From: Candidatus Eiseniibacteriota bacterium
GTDB lineage: Bacteria; Arandabacterota; Arandabacteria; Arandabacterales; Arandabacteraceae
Length of the DNA stretch: 12,679 nt
Assembly: GCA_043810925.1 (NCBI GenBank)
Contig: JBDRNT010000116.1
Location: forward strand, 1 to 12,679
Direction: 5' to 3'
Shown here: positions 1 through 5,708 of the stretch, piece by piece
How the letters are laid out: each line of letters opens with the position of its first letter
How positions within the stretch are numbered: position 1 is the first letter of the stretch
Notes under the pieces: model-generated
Told to the model about the DNA's origin: nothing
Databases searched by the model: none
What the model saw: the letters and a program-made list of their open reading frames with translations, nothing else
Program-made: the position numbers and the translations under genes

Positions 1-140
1 TTCCTGAACTCATTGCTGCCATCGAAGAATTCATTGAGATCAACAATCAGAATCCAAAACCCTTTACATGGACCAAGAAAGTGGACGAGATATTGGAAAA
101 AGTCGGCCATTGTAAAGCCGTTATTGAGACACTACACTAG
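1..140 (+). mobile_element. Right end of an IS630-family insertion sequence (C-terminal fragment of the transposase gene, 5'-truncated by the window)
   Basis: The frame starting at nt 3 reads PELIAAIEEFIEINNQNPKPFTWTKKVDEILEKVGHCKAVIETLH* (TAG at 138-140). The N..PKPF.WTK..DEIL tail is characteristic of IS630-family DDE transposases. The element ends ...GAGACACTACAC-TA-G, consistent with the TA (CTAG) target of IS630. It is not in the ORF track because it has no start codon in the window. Confidence 0.85.
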
Positions 141-691
141 CAGAAGTGCAGGTAATGAGTGGCAAATGTGATGAAGTCCGTAAGATTCACGGTCCCGTCA
201 CAGTTAAAGTCACAGCACGGATTAGCCCCCAGGAAACACTGGGCGAACTGAACGAAATCGATAAGATTTACCTGGCAATCGCCATTAATGTCGGGGCTGG
301 CGACAAAAATGGGTGGTGTCGGGCCGGCCGCTCCACTGAATGTGGAGACCACTGAGAAGGTGACATTTCCGCATCCACCCTCTCTGAAGTAGGTGAAGTT
401 GACGACCGGGTTACCCACGGGAACAACCTGGGTCTGCGGATTCTGACCCGGGCAGAAGCAGATGAGCGGGCCTGCGGCCGTACATGTTATCCTCGTTCCC
501 ACAGGATAGCCGGCCGCCTCCGTAGCGGTTACCTGAATGGCACCCATGTCCCCGGTAGGACAGATTATGGCAGTTCCAGGATTGCAGCCTGGAGTACCGA
601 TACCGGCAGCAGATACGGTTACGGCCAGGCAGATATTTCCATACACAAGGCACAACAGAACAGCGAGCAGAACAGTGGTAATGATTCGCAT
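137..691 (-). CDS. Secreted cysteine-rich protein with a C-terminal dockerin-like / EF-hand-like duplicated Ca-binding motif
   Basis: 184-aa ORF with a GGAGGT SD at 700-705 (minus strand) and an N-terminal hydrophobic signal peptide (MRIITTVLLAVLLCLVYGNICLA). It has two DxNxDxxVNLxDF repeats (DINGDCQVNLIDF, DFNCDGTVNLTDF) and 14 Cys. Confidence 0.8.
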   Translation of the reverse strand: MRIITTVLLAVLLCLVYGNICLAVTVSAAGIGTPGCNPGTAIICPTGDMGAIQVTATEAAGYPVGTRITCTAAGPLICFCPGQNPQTQVVPVGNPVVNFTYFREGGCGNVTFSVVSTFSGAAGPTPPIFVASPDINGDCQVNLIDFVQFAQCFLGANPCCDFNCDGTVNLTDFITFATHYLHFC

Positions 692-841
692 CGTTGACTA
701 CCTCCATCGGGGTCCTGTGCTGCGCCACACCAAAAAGCCCTCAACTCACCTCCTTCCACAAGGGCACTCTTAGCAGCTTCTCTTGACGCGTGAACTTCTA
801 TCTACTGTCCTATCACATCCGAGCAGACTTTTCAAGGAGGA

Positions 842-955
842 AGGAATTCGGTGACAGTTTACGAATTCCTGAGGCGGGGTGGAAATCTTGTGACAGTTTG
901 AAGATTCCCGGAATGTCACCGCTGAGGGTGGTCAATTAGTAAACTGTCACCGAAT
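842..955. repeat. REP-like / MITE-like inverted-repeat element A (three hairpin units)
   Basis: 846-867 ATTCGGTGACAGTTTACGAATT and 934-955 AATTAGTAAACTGTCACCGAAT form a 22-bp inverted repeat with 1 mismatch. An internal third unit lies at 881-909 (GGAAATCTT-GTGACAGTTTG-AAGATTCCC). Confidence 0.85.
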
Positions 956-1797
956 CAAGAGACGTTCTGGGCGCAGCGAAACCCGACGTTGTCGTACGCA
1001 GTCGTGGCACTTAGATGGTAGCGAGTGCTCGCCCGCAGGTACTCCGGCCCACCGAACCACGAGCCACCCCGAAGGACTTGTGTTGCACCCGCTTCCGGAC
1101 CACGTGGATCGGACTCGGCGGACTCCCCGTAGTAATCAGAGCCGTACCGGTCGCTGCACCATTCCCAGACATTGCCTGCCATGTCAGACAGTCCATACCC
1201 GTTGGGAGGATAACTGCCGACGGGTGCGGGATAGGCATAGCCATCAGCGTCACTGCCAGCTCGCTTCCCGGTGTCATAGTTGGCCCGGTGTGTGCCACCC
1301 GCATCGGGGAGGTCATCACCCCAGGCATATCGCTTGCCCGCCAATCCACCGCGGGCGGCTTTCTCCCATTCCGCCTCGGTCGGAAGTCGCTTGCCTGCCC
1401 ACCGGGCGTAGGCCTCCGCATCATAGAATGTCACTCCGGTGACCGGCTGGTCCGGGCCATTGTACTTAGGGTCATTCCAGAACGGAGGCCGTGAGTTACC
1501 GGTTTCATCCAGGAAGCGTTTGTAGAGCGCGTTGGTCACTTCGTACCTGTCTATGTAGAACGCACTGATATGAACCATGTGTTGAGGCCGCTCATCGTTA
1601 TGGCCGTGCCGGTCGGGACTGCCCATCAGGTAATCCCCCGCAGGGATCAGAACCATCTCCGCGCCGTCCCTTGCAGTGATCGTTGCGGTCGGGCCCTCGG
1701 CCGGCATCCGGCCTGCCGCAGGCCGCCCGGCACACCCGGCCGCGAACATCGACAAAACCAGCATCAGACAGAGCCATCTGACGCCAACCGCTCTCAT
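955..1797 (-). CDS. FGE-sulfatase domain (SUMF1/EgtB/PvdO family) lipoprotein, lacking the FGE catalytic cysteines
   Basis: Family motifs: MVLIPAGDYLMGS, ERPQHMV, YEVTNALY, PVTGVTFYDA, RLPTEAEWEKAARGG, PNGYGLSDMAGNVWEW, RGGSW, VGFRC. Lipobox-like LSMFAAGC (Cys22). SD GAGGGAG upstream at about 1804-1810. Confidence 0.92.
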   Translation of the reverse strand: MRAVGVRWLCLMLVLSMFAAGCAGRPAAGRMPAEGPTATITARDGAEMVLIPAGDYLMGSPDRHGHNDERPQHMVHISAFYIDRYEVTNALYKRFLDETGNSRPPFWNDPKYNGPDQPVTGVTFYDAEAYARWAGKRLPTEAEWEKAARGGLAGKRYAWGDDLPDAGGTHRANYDTGKRAGSDADGYAYPAPVGSYPPNGYGLSDMAGNVWEWCSDRYGSDYYGESAESDPRGPEAGATQVLRGGSWFGGPEYLRASTRYHLSATTAYDNVGFRCAQNVS

Positions 1798-1814
1798 CTT
1801 TCACTCCCTCCGAT

Positions 1815-1927
1815 AATTCGGTGTCAGCTTACAAATTCTTAAACTGCTTCATGCCACTATGTCGGGTATTCTATGAATTTGTAAGCTGACACCAAATTTC
1901 GACACCAAATTTCCTGTCGCCGGATTT
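1815..1927. repeat. REP-like / MITE-like inverted-repeat element B with a tandem duplication at its right end
   Basis: 1815-1838 AATTCGGTGTCAGCTTACAAATTC and 1875-1898 GAATTTGTAAGCTGACACCAAATT form a 24-bp inverted repeat with 1 mismatch and a 36-nt spacer. GACACCAAATTTC is tandemly duplicated (1888-1900, 1901-1913), and a degenerate half-copy CTGTCGCCGGATTT follows at 1914-1927. Confidence 0.85.
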
Positions 1928-1933
1928 TATGGA

Positions 1934-1959
1934 GAATGCCGGCCCGAAGGCCAGCATTC
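1934..1959 (-). terminator. 3' hairpin (terminator or stabiliser) of gdhA
   Basis: On the minus strand the RNA reads GAAUGCUGGCC-UUCG-GGCCGGCAUUC: an 11-bp stem with one U-G pair and a C(UUCG)G tetraloop, 35 nt after the gdhA stop. The U-tract is poor (UCCAUAAAAU). Confidence 0.65.
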
Positions 1960-1994
1960 CCATATCACTCCAGGCCGGTTCGCGGTTTGTGCAT

Positions 1995-3359
1995 CTACCC
2001 GACTATGCCCAGGTCAAGCATGGTGTCCGCAACCTTGACGAAGCCTGCCATGTTGGCGCCGGCGACATAGTTGCCGATCAGGCCGTAGTGCGCGGCGGTC
2101 TCATGACACTGGCGGTGGATGCTTTTCATAATGTCATTGAGCTTGCTGTCCACTTCCTCACGAGACCAGCTATAGCGCATCGAGTTCTGGGTCATCTCGA
2201 GCCCCGATACCGCTACACCACCGGCATTCGCGGCCTTGCCCGGCCCGTAGAGGATCTTCTCATCGACGAAGATCTTGATACCTTCGGGCGTGGTCGGCAT
2301 GTTGGCTCCCTCAGAGACAACATAGCAGCCGTTCTTGATGAGGTTGGCAGCGTCCTTAGCGTTTATCTCATTCTGGGTAGCACTCGGGAATGCGGCTTCG
2401 GCCTTGTGGTTCCAGAGCGGATTGTGATCCATCTTCTTGTCCACAGGCGTGTAGACCGCCTTGGGATACTTATCGGCGTACTCCTTGATCCGGCCGCGAC
2501 GGACGTTCTTAAGATCCATGACGAAATCGAGCTTCTTCCTGTCGATTCCAGCCTCGTCATAGATGTAGCCACCGGAATCGGACAGCGTCACCGGCTTGGC
2601 ACCGAGATCGAGGAGCTTCTCTACCGTATACTGCGCAACGTTGCCGGAGCCGGATACCAGCGCGGTCTTCCCCTCAAGGCTCTCACCGCGAGTCTCAAGC
2701 ATCTCGGCCGCGAAATAAACGGCACCGTACCCGGTTGCCTCGGGCCGGATCAAGCTGCCGCCCCAGTTGAGGCCCTTGCCGGTGAGAACGCCGGTAAACT
2801 CGTTGCGGAGTTTCTTGTACATTCCGTACATATACCCGATCTCGCGCCCGCCGACCCCGATGTCTCCTGCCGGTACGTCCGTATTGGGGCCGATATGGCG
2901 GAAGAGTTCCATCATGAACGACTGGCAGAAACGTGCGACTTCCGAGTCAGACTTGCCCTTCGGATCGAAATCGGAACCACCCTTCCCACCACCCATGGGC
3001 AGGGTCGTGAGAGCGTTCTTGAAGACCTGCTCGAAGGCCAGGAACTTAAGAATGCCGAGGTTCACGGTCGGATGGAAGCGCAGTCCGCCTTTATAGGGAC
3101 CGATCGCGCTGTTCATCTCGATACGAAAGCCCCGGTTCACATGATACTCACCCTTATCATCTTCCCAGGGCACGCGGAATATGATCAGGCGCTCGGGCTC
3201 TGCGATCCTCTCGATGATCTTCGCCTTCCGGTACTCAGGATGCTTCTTGAGCACCGGACCCAGCGTAGGCACCACTTCCTCCACGGCCTGAATGAATTCA
3301 GGCTGTGCGGGGTTCTTTGCCTTCACTTTTTCCACAAAATCTTTCAGGTAGTCACCCAC
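1995..3359 (-). CDS. gdhA: NADP-specific glutamate dehydrogenase (about 454 aa)
   Basis: Motifs GPYKGGLRFHP, LKFLAFEQVFKN, MGGGKGGSDF, DVPAGDIGVG, RPEATGYG, GSGNVAQY, EGANMP, KAANAGGV. Start reassigned from 3458 to GTG at 3359, which has AGGAGG at 3370-3375 and matches the usual GdhA N-terminus. Cofactor specificity is inferred from the family. Confidence 0.96.
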   Translation of the reverse strand: MGDYLKDFVEKVKAKNPAQPEFIQAVEEVVPTLGPVLKKHPEYRKAKIIERIAEPERLIIFRVPWEDDKGEYHVNRGFRIEMNSAIGPYKGGLRFHPTVNLGILKFLAFEQVFKNALTTLPMGGGKGGSDFDPKGKSDSEVARFCQSFMMELFRHIGPNTDVPAGDIGVGGREIGYMYGMYKKLRNEFTGVLTGKGLNWGGSLIRPEATGYGAVYFAAEMLETRGESLEGKTALVSGSGNVAQYTVEKLLDLGAKPVTLSDSGGYIYDEAGIDRKKLDFVMDLKNVRRGRIKEYADKYPKAVYTPVDKKMDHNPLWNHKAEAAFPSATQNEINAKDAANLIKNGCYVVSEGANMPTTPEGIKIFVDEKILYGPGKAANAGGVAVSGLEMTQNSMRYSWSREEVDSKLNDIMKSIHRQCHETAAHYGLIGNYVAGANMAGFVKVADTMLDLGIVG

Positions 3360-3429
3360 GTGTCCAATCCCTCCTTTTGGAATGACTCTTCGTTTTTCGG
3401 GAAGATTCCCGACTGGACATACTCCCTGA

Positions 3430-3458
3430 TTTATAACACGGAAAGATGGCGTGGTCAA
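3430..3458 (-). promoter_or_regulatory. Putative sigma70 promoter for gdhA
   Basis: Minus strand TTGACC (3458-3453), 17 nt, TATAAA (3435-3430), with TG one base upstream of the -10. The -10 lacks the conserved final T. Confidence 0.55.
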
Positions 3459-3504
3459 GCCCGAAGGATGTCATGGTCGGGGCAAGAAAAAAGGCTTAAT
3501 CCTG

Positions 3505-3533
3505 TTGACAAACCAGGCCGGAATGGCTAAACT
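3505..3533 (+). promoter_or_regulatory. Sigma70 promoter for the leader ORF / ABC exporter operon
   Basis: Perfect TTGACA (3505-3510), 17 nt, TAAACT (3528-3533). An A-tract upstream (3487-3492) resembles an UP element. Confidence 0.75.
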
Positions 3534-3674
3534 TCTTTTTTAAGAAGTGTTCAAGTACGAAGCGACCTTTACCGAGTAAGGAGATTACACACGCAGTTTA
3601 ACCGCAGCCGGGTGATTGTTATGATCACTATATAACAAATTCGGACCCGATGCAGGGACGAGAGGAGGCAGGCA

Positions 3675-3773
3675 ATGACAAACATGATCGACATATTTGT
3701 GTTTGACCTTATCATTGTGCGTGTTCTCCGCAAGTGGTCCGACGGTTACGGGGGTTGCCATAGAAGGTCCTGA
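3675..3773 (+). CDS. Putative attenuator leader peptide, 32 aa (MTNMIDIFVFDLIIVRVLRKWSDGYGGCHRRS)
   Basis: Perfect SD AGGAGG at 3663-3668, 6 nt before ATG 3675; TGA at 3771-3773. It lies between the promoter and an intrinsic terminator and is too short for the supplied ORF track. Confidence 0.72.
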   Translation: MTNMIDIFVFDLIIVRVLRKWSDGYGGCHRRS

Positions 3774-3797
3774 GTAACTCAACAACTGGTAACGCTC

Positions 3798-3840
3798 AAC
3801 CCGCCGGATCGCCTGGGTGGTCCGGCGGGTTTTTATATTT
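3798..3840 (+). terminator. Intrinsic terminator (attenuator) upstream of the ABC exporter genes
   Basis: AACCCGCCGGA (3798-3808) pairs perfectly with TCCGGCGGGTT (3821-3831). The stem extends by TCGC/GTGG with G-U pairs, and the U-tract TTTTTATATTT covers 3830-3840. Confidence 0.9.
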
Positions 3841-3908
3841 CCGGGCCGGACTCGTGAGAAACTGATCGGCTTTGCAGAACCGCAGAGCCTTTGATACGGA
3901 GCAAGAGG

Positions 3909-5708
3909 ATGGAATCCGCTTACTACGAAGACGAAAAACATGACGGGATAGGTTCCCGGCAGGCACTCGCGCGACTGCTTCCGCTCCTCAGGCCGCACCG
4001 CGGATGGCTGCTTATATGCTTTTTGCTCCTGGCGGCCTCGAAGGTGATCTTCCTGATCGGACCTAATCTGATCCGGCACGCCATCGACGTGGATATCGCC
4101 GGGCGCGACTACCGGGGTCTGATCGGCACGGTACTGCTGTATGTTCTGGCTCAGGGCGTGTTCTTGGTCACCAACTATCTGTTCAGGATCAGGATGGAAA
4201 CGATCGGCCAGAGAGTGATGATCGGGCTGAGAAGGCGTCTCTTCGATCACATTGTCCGGATGTCGGTCTCCTTCTTTGACCGCAACCCTATCGGAAGACT
4301 GATGGCACGCGTGGAGTCGGACACCGAAGCCCTCCGGAGACTGTTCACGAACACCGTGGTGGCAATGATCGGGGCCGTGCTGCTTGTGGTGGGGATGTTT
4401 GTCTGGATGTTTACTATTTCCCCGCGTCTGACGGCGGTTGTCGCGATCATAGTCCCGGTCGTCAGCGTGGCTTTATACTTCTACCACCGCGTGACGACTC
4501 CCAAGTGGCTCGAGATACGAAAGCGTATGGCCGACGTCACGGCATCGCTTACGGAGTTTATCCAGGGGACTGAGATTATCCAGATTTTTGACCGGACAAA
4601 AGAGATTCGCCGGCGAATGGATGAGATCAACCGGAGAAAATATCAGACGCAGCTCAAGGCTGAGTTGATCGTGGTTGTCATGTTCAACTTCATCTTCTTT
4701 ATGGAGTCACTCATTATTGCGCTGGTGCTCTTCTTCGGAGGCCGCTGGGCGGGTGCAGGAGATCTGACTATTGGAACGCTGGTGATGTTTATCACATACG
4801 TACGGATGTTCTTTGAGCCGGTACATATTGCGGCTGAAGAGATCGCGGTTGTTCAGAAGGCCATCGCCGGGGCCAAGCGGATATTCGGTCTTCTCGATAC
4901 GGATGAGGCGATTCCTGAAACGGTGCGGCCGGTAGAGTGGCCGGGGCTTAACTCGGAAATCGCTTTCGAGAACGTCTGGTTTTCGTACACGGGTGATGAC
5001 AACTATGCTCTTCGGGATGTGTCATTCACGATCCCCAAGGGCAAGCAATATGCTCTTGCCGGCGTTACAGGTGGTGGGAAGTCCACCGTGATCAACCTGC
5101 TCCTCAGGTTTTATGACCCGCAGAAGGGCCGTATTCTTGTCGATGGGATCGATATCCGTGAGATCTCGCTTGAGGATCTGCGGTCGAGGATTGGCCTGGT
5201 GCTTCAGGACATCTTCCTCTTCCCCGGGAATGTCGGCAGCAACATCGCGCTCTCCGCGGGCGATTTCGACCATGACCGCGTGGTCGCCGCTTGCAGTAAG
5301 GTCGCAGCGGACCGTTTTATCGAGTCCATGCCGGACAGGTATGAGACCGAGCTTTCCGAGCGTGGCGCAAACATAAGCCGGGGCGAGAGACAGCTATTGT
5401 CATTTGCCAGGGCCCTGGTCTCCGACCCGGAGGTCCTCATCCTGGACGAGGCCACGAGCTCCGTCGATCCGGAAACCGAGCGGTTGATTCAGGACGGGCT
5501 TGCCGCCCTGATGAGCGGCCGGACTTCGATTGTGATCGCGCACCGGCTCTCCACGATCCTCAATGTGGACCAGATCATGGTGATCCGGGAAGGCGAGCTG
5601 ATAGAACGGGGACGACACGATGAACTCCTCGCGCAGGGAGGCTATTACTCAAAGCTCTTCCAGCTACAGTTCTCGTCCGCAAATGGGATGGGAGTGGACA
5701 GATCATGA
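3909..5708 (+). CDS. ABC exporter, fused TMD-NBD half-transporter (MdlB/BmrD-like subunit)
   Basis: Hydrophobic N-terminal TMD, Walker A GVTGGGKST, Q-loop VLQD, degenerate signature ISRGERQ, canonical Walker B LILDEATS, H-switch AHR. ATG at 3909, preceded by GGAG at 3898-3901, is preferred over TTG 3891. Confidence 0.94.
   Translation: MESAYYEDEKHDGIGSRQALARLLPLLRPHRGWLLICFLLLAASKVIFLIGPNLIRHAIDVDIAGRDYRGLIGTVLLYVLAQGVFLVTNYLFRIRMETIGQRVMIGLRRRLFDHIVRMSVSFFDRNPIGRLMARVESDTEALRRLFTNTVVAMIGAVLLVVGMFVWMFTISPRLTAVVAIIVPVVSVALYFYHRVTTPKWLEIRKRMADVTASLTEFIQGTEIIQIFDRTKEIRRRMDEINRRKYQTQLKAELIVVVMFNFIFFMESLIIALVLFFGGRWAGAGDLTIGTLVMFITYVRMFFEPVHIAAEEIAVVQKAIAGAKRIFGLLDTDEAIPETVRPVEWPGLNSEIAFENVWFSYTGDDNYALRDVSFTIPKGKQYALAGVTGGGKSTVINLLLRFYDPQKGRILVDGIDIREISLEDLRSRIGLVLQDIFLFPGNVGSNIALSAGDFDHDRVVAACSKVAADRFIESMPDRYETELSERGANISRGERQLLSFARALVSDPEVLILDEATSSVDPETERLIQDGLAALMSGRTSIVIAHRLSTILNVDQIMVIREGELIERGRHDELLAQGGYYSKLFQLQFSSANGMGVDRS

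Noticed and set aside
806-835. Possible minus-strand promoter (TTGAAA-17-TAGGAC) for the dockerin-like gene
   Set aside because: The -10 match is too weak to support.
955-1797. True formylglycine-generating enzyme, or a complete DGR locus
   Set aside because: The catalytic Cys pair is absent, and there is no sulfatase, reverse transcriptase or template repeat in the window.
842-1913. CRISPR array or integron attC interpretation of the repeats
   Set aside because: The arms are inverted doublets, not regularly spaced direct repeats. There are no cas or integrase genes, and no properly placed RYYYAAC...GTTRRRY ends.
3360-3458. 33-aa N-terminal extension of GdhA in the ORF track
   Set aside because: The TTG at 3458 coincides with the putative -35 box, while GTG 3359 has a strong SD and gives a normal GdhA length.
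1929-3530. 533-aa plus-strand ORF antisense to gdhA
   Set aside because: It is a shadow of a strongly codon-biased GC-rich gene, with no recognisable motifs or SD, and it runs across the gdhA hairpin and promoters.
3675-3773. Type I toxin or small membrane protein interpretation of the 32-aa ORF
   Set aside because: The hydrophobic stretch is short and broken by Asp and Arg, no antisense RNA unit was identified, and the embedded antiterminator explains the ORF better. Not fully excluded.
3585-4250. 221-aa minus-strand ORF
   Set aside because: It is antisense to the ABC gene, terminator and leader ORF, and has no protein-like features.
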